From Spirochaetia bacterium (lineage in GTDB: Bacteria; Spirochaetota; Spirochaetia; UBA9216), in NCBI GenBank assembly GCA_963677925.2, contig CAXXYH010000003.1:544001-608000 (forward strand): a stretch of 64,000 bases of DNA, given 5' to 3'. This document shows, piece by piece, positions 18,571 to 27,884 of the stretch. Positions within the stretch are counted from its first letter, which is position 1. Every line of letters starts with the position of its first letter. Under the pieces are notes generated by a model. It was not told where the DNA came from. It ran no database searches and saw only the letters and a list, made by a program, of their open reading frames with translations. Position numbers and translations under genes: made by a program.

Positions 18571-20069
18571 GCTTCCTGACCCTTCCTTTTTAAAGATATA
18601 GATACTCCCGGGATAAATAGGCTTAAAACCGGAAGATAGATAACAACACTTATTATTAAGAATTTCAACAGGATTTGTAAATTTTTCTGGTCTGCTGCTA
18701 TGTATCCCGTTACGGCATTGGCTGACGAGGACTGGGAAATCAGTAATGCAGCAAGTCCTGTTTCTTTGTTCGCGTCGATTATACTTGTATACCAGTCCAG
18801 TGTAAACTGCAGAACAGCATCGTTAACCGTCTGAATTTCATTATTTTCCTGATGATAGCGCCTGATAACAAGCTGTTCATCAGGCTGTGGAAAATGATAT
18901 TCCATCCCGTACATAAAACCTTCCTGATAAGCCTCATGAGCTATCAGATCTGCAGCACCGGTCAATGTTCCTGCTTTACGGCTGTCAAAAACGGTTTTCA
19001 GTTCACTGAAGGAGTAACCTCTTTCGGCTGCTTCAGAATCGGGCAGCGGCATATTCAGCCCCGCCCCCGATGGGATGAAAAGTGTAAAAAACGGCATAAT
19101 AAGCGAAACAGCCAGAGCTGCGGCATAAACAGGAAGCTTTCTGCTTCTTGCCTCATATCCGGTATCAACCATTCTTATGGGGAAAAAAATACGGTGCTCC
19201 TGTCTGCGAACCCGTTCGCTTTTAGTACTGTAATAAACAAAAATCAGAAGAAGATCTCCAATTATCGCTGCAGCTGCAGGCAGTACAGAAAGATGAAAGA
19301 TCAGCCCCAGGGCTGCAGAAGAGGCAATCAGGGCTGCGCCGTAAGTCAGCAGAGCGGGATATGCAGAAGCCTTTATTCTTGTTTCCCTGTAGTTAAGATA
19401 GAAAATAACCTCCGGGTATATCTCCTTGATCGCAATGAGCTGGGATATATAGACAACACAGGCGGCAGAAAGATATCCGCTGCCGGCAGCGGTAACAAGA
19501 AGAAACCAGGGAACTCCGGTAAATACAGACAGCAGTCTGATCTCTCTGAGCATCCAGATTCCAAAGCTCCATATCAAAAGAAAAAGAAAGCCCGAAACAA
19601 TCCTGCCGGCAAGACTGAAATCCGGAAAACTCCAAGTTTCAGGAAAACTGCCGGACAGCACCGGGTTTATATAGAAACTAAGGAAGTGTTTGTCCGATTT
19701 TATGTAGAAAAGACGGTATTCTGAACCGTCCCTGCCCTCTGCACTGAAATAAGCAGCGGCATTACGCATGTATTCATCAACCCGCGGATCGCCTTCAACA
19801 AAACGCTGCTCAAGCTCATCCGGGCTAACTGTGCGGAAGGTACCAAAATCATTATACCGCAGTTCTGTATTAAAAGAGGCGATATACTCAAAACCTTCAA
19901 AATAGGCTTCGGCTGTCCTGCTGTTATAATCTTCCTCCGGCACAGCAACTGTGTAATACCCATTCCAGGCTCTTCCGGAATCTGCTGAACCGTTAAACAT
20001 AACTACTATGGCACAGCACAACACAAAGCAGAGGACAAAAGGAAGATTATGAACATATTTTCTGAGCAT
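18567..20069 (-). CDS. Uncharacterised multi-pass membrane protein, translationally coupled to rnfC
   Basis: 500-aa ORF with about 7-8 hydrophobic segments and two soluble loops; its stop overlaps the rnfC ATG. Confidence 0.75.
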   Translation of the reverse strand: MLRKYVHNLPFVLCFVLCCAIVVMFNGSADSGRAWNGYYTVAVPEEDYNSRTAEAYFEGFEYIASFNTELRYNDFGTFRTVSPDELEQRFVEGDPRVDEYMRNAAAYFSAEGRDGSEYRLFYIKSDKHFLSFYINPVLSGSFPETWSFPDFSLAGRIVSGFLFLLIWSFGIWMLREIRLLSVFTGVPWFLLVTAAGSGYLSAACVVYISQLIAIKEIYPEVIFYLNYRETRIKASAYPALLTYGAALIASSAALGLIFHLSVLPAAAAIIGDLLLIFVYYSTKSERVRRQEHRIFFPIRMVDTGYEARSRKLPVYAAALAVSLIMPFFTLFIPSGAGLNMPLPDSEAAERGYSFSELKTVFDSRKAGTLTGAADLIAHEAYQEGFMYGMEYHFPQPDEQLVIRRYHQENNEIQTVNDAVLQFTLDWYTSIIDANKETGLAALLISQSSSANAVTGYIAADQKNLQILLKFLIISVVIYLPVLSLFIPGVSISLKRKGQEA

Positions 20070-20136
20070 TACTCTCTCGTATTATCAGGTTTAGTAGTGT
20101 GGATATTATAAACCAGCCGTGTTAGTATGACAATCC

Positions 20137-21135
20137 GTGAAAGGCTATATAGTTTTTTATTCAGGACCTGATGATGCAGGCAGAAGAGCAGACAGAGTAA
20201 TCAAGAAATTCATGCCGGAAATCCCGGCAGGCCTTATATACTCTGCCATGCGAAAAAAAAAGATTCTCATTAACGGTAAAAAAATAAAACCCGATTACAG
20301 ACTCTCTGAAAACGACCGGCTTGAGATACATCAGTCAATACGTGAGGCTAATCCTGCAGCAAATTCTTCAGATGGAACAATAGGCCCTGTAAATAAAACC
20401 AATTCTGCTCCGAACAGCTCCCGGCTTGACGCTATGACGGTATTAAGAACTGAAAACCTTATTTTCCTGAATAAACCCAGAGGAATGCTTACCCACGGAG
20501 ATAATTCTGCTGCCGGTCTTCTGAAATCAGAATTAAAACCTCAGCTTGCAGAATCTTTATCCTTCACTCCTGCCCCCCTTCACCGGCTTGACCGGAACAC
20601 ATCGGGGCTGCTTGCCGCCTCATGCTCAATCCAGGGGGCAAGAGAGTTCAGCGAAAGACTGAGATCCGGAGGTATAAGAAAATTCTATATAGGCCTATGC
20701 CTTGGAAACCTTAAAAAAAGTATAGTGCTTGAAGACAGCCTGAAGCGTAGTGAACTTGTCTCTGAAATCGATATAAGCGGTACTTCTGATAAAAAAGCTG
20801 TGACAATAATGCATCCTTTCACCCAAACAAAGGGTTTTACACTCTGCATTTTTGAGATAATTACCGGACAAACACACCAGATACGGGCACAGGCATCGGC
20901 GGCAGGTTATCCGCTTGCCGGTGACTCCAAATATAACGGAGCGGTATCCGGCGTTAAGAGGTACTTTCTTCATTCCTATATGCTTATTAATCCGGAAAAA
21001 ACAACGGTTATGAACTTCGAAAGCGTTAAAGCCGTACCGGATTCGCAATCCTGCAGTTTTCTGGAAAAACATATAGAAAGTAAAATCAGCACTGATTTTT
21101 TCAACCGGATAAGCAGCACGATTATCAGCCTTTAA
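20137..21135 (+). CDS. RluA-family pseudouridine synthase (RluC-like, S4 domain)
   Basis: N-terminal S4 domain; NKPRG, HRLDRNTSG, TGQTHQIR and GDSKY motifs. Confidence 0.93.
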   Translation: MKGYIVFYSGPDDAGRRADRVIKKFMPEIPAGLIYSAMRKKKILINGKKIKPDYRLSENDRLEIHQSIREANPAANSSDGTIGPVNKTNSAPNSSRLDAMTVLRTENLIFLNKPRGMLTHGDNSAAGLLKSELKPQLAESLSFTPAPLHRLDRNTSGLLAASCSIQGAREFSERLRSGGIRKFYIGLCLGNLKKSIVLEDSLKRSELVSEIDISGTSDKKAVTIMHPFTQTKGFTLCIFEIITGQTHQIRAQASAAGYPLAGDSKYNGAVSGVKRYFLHSYMLINPEKTTVMNFESVKAVPDSQSCSFLEKHIESKISTDFFNRISSTIISL

Positions 21136-21205
21136 ATCTGTCAGTAACAGCAATTATTTCTCTGCAGGTATTGGAAAAACAGCCATACGCAAGTATTATT
21201 ATCTA

Positions 21206-22081
21206 ATGAAGCATTTGTTACTGAACCTCCAGTGGATTCTCAAAGGCGTCAAGGTTTTTGCCCTTGTCGGAAAAAGCGGAACCGGTAAAAGTTTCCGCTC
21301 AAAACTTATTGCCGACAAGTACGGCATTGAACTTCTGATTGATGACGGACTGCTCATCCGCGGCAATAAAATCATCTCAGGCAAATCGGCCAAAAAAGAA
21401 TCAAATTATCTCGGCGCAATAAAAACCGCGCTTTTTGACGACAGAAAACACAGGGAAGCAGTCTGCAAAAAGCTTAAAGAAGAAAAATTCAGAAGAATTC
21501 TAATAATCGGTACATCAGAAAGGATGACAAGAAAAATAGCCGCCAGGCTCGATCTGCCTCCTGTTTCAAAAGTGATACAAATAGAAGATATAGCAACTGA
21601 GGACGAAATAAATACTGCCATAAGATCACGTAAAGAAGGCAAGCATGTTATTCCGGTACCGGCTGTTGAAATAAACCGTAACTATTCTCAGATGGTTTAT
21701 GACTCTGTTAAGGTGTTTATGGAAAAGAAGTTCATGAACTTCCGTAAAAAGGGAAAGTACTTTGAGAAGACCGTAGTTAGACCTGAATTCTCCAAAAAAG
21801 GTCGTGTGAGCATTTCCGAATCGGCACTGACTCAGATGGTCCTTCATTGTGCAGATGAGTTTGACAGCTCGATTGCCATCCTGAAAGTCACTTTCCGTGA
21901 GGAAATAAACGGCTATAAGCTCTCGATCGACATAAGATTGCCCTATGGAGTCGAATTATCAAATATTGTGCACAACTTTAGGGAGTATCTGATCGATAAT
22001 CTAGAAAGGTATTCAGGTATTATGATTGATACCGTTAATATAAATGTAGAGGACTTTTTCACAAAAAAGAAAAAGGTTTGA
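21206..22081 (+). CDS. P-loop NTPase fused to an Asp23/Gls24-like C-terminal domain
   Basis: GKSGTGKS Walker A, IDDGLLI and GKHVIPVP; Asp23-like C-terminus ending IDTVNINVED. Confidence 0.75.
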   Translation: MKHLLLNLQWILKGVKVFALVGKSGTGKSFRSKLIADKYGIELLIDDGLLIRGNKIISGKSAKKESNYLGAIKTALFDDRKHREAVCKKLKEEKFRRILIIGTSERMTRKIAARLDLPPVSKVIQIEDIATEDEINTAIRSRKEGKHVIPVPAVEINRNYSQMVYDSVKVFMEKKFMNFRKKGKYFEKTVVRPEFSKKGRVSISESALTQMVLHCADEFDSSIAILKVTFREEINGYKLSIDIRLPYGVELSNIVHNFREYLIDNLERYSGIMIDTVNINVEDFFTKKKKV

Positions 22082-22106
22082 CATATTTAAGAGTAGTGCC
22101 TAAAAT
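22078..22106 (+). promoter_or_regulatory. Sigma70-type promoter for the 22144 gene
   Basis: TTGACA, 17 nt, TAAAAT, followed by an AGGAG SD. Confidence 0.7.
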
Positions 22107-22143
22107 TTAGAGTCTAATATTCCGGACAAGGAGAAAGGGAGCC

Positions 22144-23424
22144 ATGAAGAAAGTTATATTGACTTTTTGCCTAGTTTTTTTGACTGCCCATGCTTTTTCA
22201 CAGGAAATGAACCTGATAGAGAGCGATTACTACAAAGTATATTCCGAGGTTAGCGTAGGTCACGCAGCGGACACAGCAGAAGTGCTTGACGCATACTTCA
22301 ATTTTTTCAATTCCTACTTTCATTTTGATGCGGCAGAAATCCCGTATCTGATGAGAGTTAAAATTTTTAAGGATAAGGCTTCATTCGATGATTACCTGTC
22401 CGATATAATCCCCGAACAGAAGAATTCTTTTGTATTTCTTCAGTACAACCAGGCAGATAAAAACGAGCTTGTCGGATACTACACCGACGACAGCAGCTAC
22501 AACAGATATCTTGCACACCATGGATTCATGCAGTTTCTGAAAACTTTCATCCCGCAGCCGCCATTATGGCTGCAGAAAGGATTTGCAATTTATTTTGAAA
22601 ACTCATATTACGACCCTGCTATAAAAAAGGTTGTTTATGAAGAAAATCTCAGCTGGCTGTATACCCTTAAAAAATATATAAACAATGCTTCAGAAGGAAC
22701 CGATGGTTCAATTATTCCATTTCCAACTCTTCTTACCATGAATGTTGAAAATGCCAATTCAAGTATTGATGTATTTTATGCACAGTCCTGGGGGCTTGTA
22801 ACCTTCCTCCTTAACAGCAGCAATAATTCCTATAACAGAATTATGTGGGATTCAATCAAGAGTCTTTCAGCTTCTGCAGACAGAAAGGCTAATGAAAATT
22901 CAACAATTAAAAATGCCTTCGAATGGGTCGGAAAAAATGATTTCTCCCGTGATTTTGTAAGCTACATTGAAAGAATAAAAACTTTTCCGGACCTTGTTGA
23001 GGACGGCATGGACCAGTACAATGCAGGCGATCTGAGCCTTGCTGAGCGGACTTTTATAAATGCTGTCAGCATGCGTGAAGATCATCCGGTACCCTACTAC
23101 TACCTTGGTCTTATCTATTATGCCGAACATGATTACGGCATGGCTGAATACTACTACCAGACAGCTATTCAGATGGGCGGAGAACAGGGTATTTCCTTCT
23201 ACGCCCTCGGCGTTAACGCCTATGCGGACGAGCGCTATGAAGCAGCTGTTGAATTCCTTGTAGAGTCCTATAATGCTGATCCCGGTTTTTATGGAGCAAA
23301 GGCTGTCAGCCTTCTTGAACAGATGGAAGAGGAAAAACCCGGTACAGTAACATCCTATCTTAAAGAAATGGGTGTAAGTGATGAGGAAATCGAAGCAGCT
23401 ACCGCAGGGGCCGCCAGAGGCTGA
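22144..23424 (+). CDS. Exported DUF1570/zincin-like domain plus TPR protein (Zn motif degenerate)
   Basis: Signal peptide; PLWLQKGFAIYFE and FYAQSWGLVTFLL motifs; three TPRs at the C-terminus. Confidence 0.7.
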   Translation: MKKVILTFCLVFLTAHAFSQEMNLIESDYYKVYSEVSVGHAADTAEVLDAYFNFFNSYFHFDAAEIPYLMRVKIFKDKASFDDYLSDIIPEQKNSFVFLQYNQADKNELVGYYTDDSSYNRYLAHHGFMQFLKTFIPQPPLWLQKGFAIYFENSYYDPAIKKVVYEENLSWLYTLKKYINNASEGTDGSIIPFPTLLTMNVENANSSIDVFYAQSWGLVTFLLNSSNNSYNRIMWDSIKSLSASADRKANENSTIKNAFEWVGKNDFSRDFVSYIERIKTFPDLVEDGMDQYNAGDLSLAERTFINAVSMREDHPVPYYYLGLIYYAEHDYGMAEYYYQTAIQMGGEQGISFYALGVNAYADERYEAAVEFLVESYNADPGFYGAKAVSLLEQMEEEKPGTVTSYLKEMGVSDEEIEAATAGAARG

Positions 23425-23438
23425 TAAAACTGATTAAA

Positions 23439-24566
23439 CTAATTATTACGGGCCGGTTTCTCTGAAGCCGGCTCTTTTTTTCGTCTCGGGTACTTGCGTT
23501 TACGATTATGCTGACGCTGCCGTGAATTATGACTTGATGTGTTTTTAATCTTTATACCCTTCTCTTTGAAGTAAAAGGCTACAGCTTTGTCCACTTCAAT
23601 GTTCGGAGGAGTAAGCGGGCTGATGATTTCTTTTATCTGCTTGAACACCTCGCGCTGGGCAGTCTTTGTTTTTATCATAAGTTCCGTGGGCGGAGTGAGA
23701 AATGATCTTGTTAACATGTAGATCATATGCTCACGGTTACATTCTCTATCTGAATTAACCAATTCATCAAGTTTTTTCAAATCATCAAGGATACAATCAT
23801 TTATATTTCGTGATATATAGGGAACTATATGTACCAGCATGTTATAATCGATCAGATAACGTACTATCTGCTCGGAAGCTCCAGAAGCCAGGATTTTCAT
23901 CAGTTCTTCTGTAAGCCTTGATAAAGCAGCCCGTGAAAGTTCCCCTGAGTATTTTTTAAGCGCTTTTTTAATTTTACCCGGCAGCATGAAGCCGGTGGTT
24001 GCCGCATACTTTACAGTTCTAATCAGTCTTACGGGATCTTCCTTGAATGTAATATCCAGAGGAATAAGAGAGTTAATTCTGGCCTGCCGGACATCTTCAT
24101 ATCCGCCGATATAATCTATTATTTGTTCATCATAGGGTGAGTAATACAGGGCGTTGAAGGTGAAATCGCGTCGTTTTACATCGTCTTCAATGGTGCCGTA
24201 TATATTCTGTTCATCACCGGGATTTGAGCCTCTGAATGTTGAGACTTCAAAGATTTTATCCTGATAGTGAATATGTACAAGACGAAACCTGCGTCCTATA
24301 ACCTTGGAATTCCAGAAAAGCTTTCTAATCTGCCGCGGGTGGGCATCAGTAACTATGTCAAAATCTTTAGGATGCTTGCCAATAAGCAGATCACGGACTG
24401 CCCCACCGACCACATAGGACTGGAAACCTGCCTGCCTGAGCTTCTTAATAACTTTCAGAGCATCACTGTCTATCATTCCGGTAGAAATTCGATGCTCATC
24501 AATTGTGTAGATATTTGCAAGCTTTATCCGCTTGCCCTTTTTAGTTGTTCCGTATCTGATTAGCAA
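23439..24566 (-). CDS. pcnB: Poly(A) polymerase I
   Basis: VGGAVRD, KDFDI, PAP-specific VIGRRFRLVH signature, RRDFT, EDPVR and a basic C-terminal tail. Confidence 0.93.
   Translation of the reverse strand: MLIRYGTTKKGKRIKLANIYTIDEHRISTGMIDSDALKVIKKLRQAGFQSYVVGGAVRDLLIGKHPKDFDIVTDAHPRQIRKLFWNSKVIGRRFRLVHIHYQDKIFEVSTFRGSNPGDEQNIYGTIEDDVKRRDFTFNALYYSPYDEQIIDYIGGYEDVRQARINSLIPLDITFKEDPVRLIRTVKYAATTGFMLPGKIKKALKKYSGELSRAALSRLTEELMKILASGASEQIVRYLIDYNMLVHIVPYISRNINDCILDDLKKLDELVNSDRECNREHMIYMLTRSFLTPPTELMIKTKTAQREVFKQIKEIISPLTPPNIEVDKAVAFYFKEKGIKIKNTSSHNSRQRQHNRKRKYPRRKKEPASEKPARNN
23452..23481 (+). terminator. Intrinsic terminator for the 22144 gene, embedded in the 3' end of the convergent pcnB
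   Basis: GCCGGTTTC-TCT-GAAGCCGGC hairpin followed by TCTTTTTTT. Confidence 0.7.
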
Positions 24567-24711
24567 TTCTACATCCGTGTAAGTTTTGTTAAATTTATAA
24601 ATGTAATGCTAAAGAATTTCAAGTACATTATTTTCTATTGATACTCATAACCTTTTTTATTAGAATCTCATAACGCCTTTTTGACAGAAACCCACACATC
24701 AGGAGCATATA

Positions 24712-26022
24712 ATGGCCAAATTAGTCGACCCCAGAATACTCAAAGGTTTTCGTGATTTTCTTCCCGAATCCGAAATTCTGAGATCCGATATTAGAAATAC
24801 ACTCGAAAACACCTTCAAATCATTCGGGCTCGTACCTATTGATACGCCTGTTCTTGAATATACAGAAGTCCTTCTGGGCAAGGGCAGCGGAGAAACTGAC
24901 AAGCAGATTTACCGCTTTAACGATCACGGGAAACGCGATGTTGCCATGCGCTTTGATCTGACAGTTCCCTTTGCACGCTTTATGGCTGCGCACCGGAACG
25001 AGTTATACCTTCCTTTCAAACGCTATCACATATCAAAGGTCTGGCGCGGAGAAAATACTCAGAGAGGCCGCTACAGGGAGTTTACTCAATGCGATTTTGA
25101 TATTGTAGGGATCGACAGCGCTGAGGCTGACTTTGAAATACTCTCTATAATGCATGATTCACTGAAGGCGCTAGGTGTAGACGGCATTCACATTCACGTT
25201 TCTCACAGAGGAATTTTCAACCGCTTCCTCGAAAAACTTGAACTGTCAGAGGCTTCAGCTGATGTACTCAGGACAGTTGATAAGCTTGCAAAGATCGGCG
25301 AGGAGCAGGTTTTAACTCTTCTTGATGACATTACCGGTCGTGAAAAGGGACAGCTAATTCTTGAATACATAAAAGCCTCAGGAAGCTTTGAGGAAATACT
25401 CGATAAAATTGAAGGTCTTGCCGGGGGAGAAAACCCCGATTCAGCAAGACTCAGGCAGCTTCGCGGAATGATGGTTGATACCGGAATGGCGGACCTTTTT
25501 GTCTTAAACCCCTCAATCACAAGGGGACTGGATTACTATACAGGAATTGTCTTTGAAACATTTCTTGATGAACTGCCCGGAATAGGTTCTGTATGTTCCG
25601 GGGGAAGATACAACAACCTCGCGTCCATCTATTCCAAGGAGGAAATGCCCGGAGTCGGTTCTTCAATCGGTCTGGACAGACTGCTCGCAGCCCTTGAAGA
25701 GCTGGGAAAGATTTCCAGCCGTAAAAGCAATACCGACGTACTTATACTGAATATGGATAACAAACTGAAAAGCCATTATTTTTCGATGGCTGCAAAACTG
25801 AGACAGGCGGGACTTAAAGCTGAGGTCTACCTTGACACCAAAAAGCTTAAAAATCAGTTCAGTTTTGCGGATAATAAGAATATTCCTGCTCTTCTGATAT
25901 GCGGAGAGGACGAATACGCTCAAAACAAGGTAAATGTTAAAGATTCAATTAAGCGAGAGAATTATGACAAGATAAGTCTTGAAGAAGCTATTGAAAGAAT
26001 AAGAGAAATAGCCCGCGGTTAA
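24712..26022 (+). CDS. hisS: Histidine--tRNA ligase
   Basis: GFRDFLP, RFDLTVP, RGRYREFTQCDFD, RGLDYYTG and GGRY motifs; upstream TTGATA-17-TAGAAT and AGGAG. Confidence 0.97.
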   Translation: MAKLVDPRILKGFRDFLPESEILRSDIRNTLENTFKSFGLVPIDTPVLEYTEVLLGKGSGETDKQIYRFNDHGKRDVAMRFDLTVPFARFMAAHRNELYLPFKRYHISKVWRGENTQRGRYREFTQCDFDIVGIDSAEADFEILSIMHDSLKALGVDGIHIHVSHRGIFNRFLEKLELSEASADVLRTVDKLAKIGEEQVLTLLDDITGREKGQLILEYIKASGSFEEILDKIEGLAGGENPDSARLRQLRGMMVDTGMADLFVLNPSITRGLDYYTGIVFETFLDELPGIGSVCSGGRYNNLASIYSKEEMPGVGSSIGLDRLLAALEELGKISSRKSNTDVLILNMDNKLKSHYFSMAAKLRQAGLKAEVYLDTKKLKNQFSFADNKNIPALLICGEDEYAQNKVNVKDSIKRENYDKISLEEAIERIREIARG

Positions 26023-26363
26023 ACCGAAGCGGGCTGTTTTTTATTTTTACTGTCTTTTGAGGCCGGTTTACTGCTTTCGGTCTTTTTAGCAGCTGTTTCA
26101 GTTTTCTTTTCTGTCTTTGAATCTGATGATGCATCAGTCGATGAACTTTCGCTTTTTGAAACTGTTGAAGAGGTTGAAGATTTACCCTTTGTGTCAGTTA
26201 CATAAAATCCGCTGCCTTTAAAAATAACTCCGGTCCCTCCGAAGATAAGTCGTTTTACAGCTCCGCCGCATTCTTCGCATTTATCAAGCGGTTCATCGGA
26301 CATGTTCTGAAAAACCTCGAACCTGTTGCCGCATTCTCTGCATTCATATTCGTAAGTAGGCAT
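26019..26363 (-). CDS. FmdB-family zinc-ribbon protein with a Ser/Thr/Lys-rich tail
   Basis: MPTYEYECRECG...CEECGG...FKGSGFYVTD. Confidence 0.9.
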   Translation of the reverse strand: MPTYEYECRECGNRFEVFQNMSDEPLDKCEECGGAVKRLIFGGTGVIFKGSGFYVTDTKGKSSTSSTVSKSESSSTDASSDSKTEKKTETAAKKTESSKPASKDSKNKKQPASV

Positions 26364-26470
26364 AATATCTCCATATCAGTAATTGGGGCATCTCTGATAA
26401 TCCTGATTCAGGAAAAATAGAGATGACTTAAATATAATAATTTTGATCCGCAGGGTCAATAATTTATATA

Positions 26471-26496
26471 ACACAGGAAACAGATGTTTCCTGTGT
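26471..26496 (-). terminator. Hairpin terminator after hisF
   Basis: Perfect 11-bp stem ACACAGGAAAC/GTTTCCTGTGT immediately after the hisF stop; weak U tract. Confidence 0.65.
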
Positions 26497-26501
26497 ATTT
26501 A

Positions 26502-27269
26502 TCAAACTCTGCGTACAGGTATATCCTTTCCGTCAAGAAAGTCTTTGATACCAGGAACTGTATAACCGCCGAAATGCACCATAGAGGCAATAAGAGCAGC
26601 ATCGGCCTTTCCATCTGTAAGGACCTCCGCAAGATGGTCTGAAGTACCGGCGCCGCCTGAAGCAACTACCGGAACTCCTACAGCCTCGGAGATCATTCTT
26701 GTCAGATTGATTTCGTATCCGTCCTGAGTACCGTCTGCATCAATAGAATTAAGAACTATCTCACCTGCACCCAGTGCCTCCGCCTTAAGCGCCCATTCAA
26801 GGGCATCAAGATCAGTTGCTGTACGGCCTCCGTTTATAACAACCCTGTAACCCGAAGGCATGGAACTGTCCGCTGCAGCATCCATCCCCAGAACTATGCA
26901 CTGGCGTCCGAAAAGAGCTGCACCCTCAGAGATAATATCAGGATTTTTCACAGCCTGAGAATTGACGCTTATCTTCTCAGCTCCGGCAAGTAGAACCGCA
27001 CGCATATCTGCAGCTGATCCTATACCTCCGCCTACACAGAATGGAATAAATATCTGTTCGGCAACACGGGAAACTACATCAATCATAATCCCCCGCTTCT
27101 CTGCCGATGCAGTTATATCATAAAAAACCAGTTCATCGACTCCCTGTCGGTAATACTCGGCAGCCATCTCTACAGGATCACCTATATCGACATTGCCCTT
27201 GAACTTGATTCCTTTGGTCGTTTTTCCGTCTCTTACATCGAGACATATAATAATTCTTTTCTGAAGCAT
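26502..27269 (-). CDS. hisF: Imidazole glycerol phosphate synthase cyclase subunit
   Basis: [32 protein letters not shown] and ASGGAG motifs. Confidence 0.96.
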   Translation of the reverse strand: MLQKRIIICLDVRDGKTTKGIKFKGNVDIGDPVEMAAEYYRQGVDELVFYDITASAEKRGIMIDVVSRVAEQIFIPFCVGGGIGSAADMRAVLLAGAEKISVNSQAVKNPDIISEGAALFGRQCIVLGMDAAADSSMPSGYRVVINGGRTATDLDALEWALKAEALGAGEIVLNSIDADGTQDGYEINLTRMISEAVGVPVVASGGAGTSDHLAEVLTDGKADAALIASMVHFGGYTVPGIKDFLDGKDIPVRRV

Positions 27270-27278
27270 ACTACCCTC

Positions 27279-27881
27279 TTATACAGCTATAAAATTCGAC
27301 AGGAGTTTCAAACCGACTTCGCCTGATTTTTCAGGGTGGAACTGGGTAATAAAAACATTATCCTTAAATGCGGCACTGCTGAATTCGATACCGTATTCGG
27401 TATATCCTGCAATATTCTCTTCTTTTTCAGCATCCGGATAAAATGAATGTACGAAATAGAAAGAAGAGTTCTCGGGCACACCATTAAACATAGGGTGGAT
27501 ACCCTCATGCCTTACCTGATTCCAGCCCATGTGAGGCACTTTAAGCCCCATATCCTTTGAGAACTCGCGTACTCGGCCTGGAATAATACCAAGACATTCG
27601 GTATCTCTTTCTTCTGAAAAATCAAAGAAAATCTGACATCCCAGACATATGCCGAAAGCAGGTTTGCCCTGACTGACAAATTCCTTCACAGCATCATCAA
27701 GCCCTGTTTTCTTCAGGACTGCCATTGATGAATAAGCTTCACCAACTCCGGGAAATATCATCTTGTCAGCCTTTAGAAGTTCTTCAGGTTTGTTGCTGAT
27801 AAAAAAATCTGCAGAGAGGTGCTTAAGAGCAAGCTCTACACTTCTCAGGTTTCCTGCTTCATAATCTACTACACAAATCAT
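27279..27881 (-). CDS. hisH: Imidazole glycerol phosphate synthase glutaminase subunit
   Basis: GNLRSV, PGVG, GICLG, PHMGWN, YFVHS and QFHPEKS motifs. Confidence 0.96.
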   Translation of the reverse strand: MICVVDYEAGNLRSVELALKHLSADFFISNKPEELLKADKMIFPGVGEAYSSMAVLKKTGLDDAVKEFVSQGKPAFGICLGCQIFFDFSEERDTECLGIIPGRVREFSKDMGLKVPHMGWNQVRHEGIHPMFNGVPENSSFYFVHSFYPDAEKEENIAGYTEYGIEFSSAAFKDNVFITQFHPEKSGEVGLKLLSNFIAV

Positions 27882-27884
27882 ATT

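Noticed and set aside
18852-19724. 290-aa plus-strand ORF
   Set aside because: Antisense to the 500-aa membrane gene that is coupled to rnfC; composition is not protein-like.
26040-26190. Repetitive-looking Ser/Thr/Lys-coding DNA
   Set aside because: Low-complexity FmdB tail, not a DNA repeat element.
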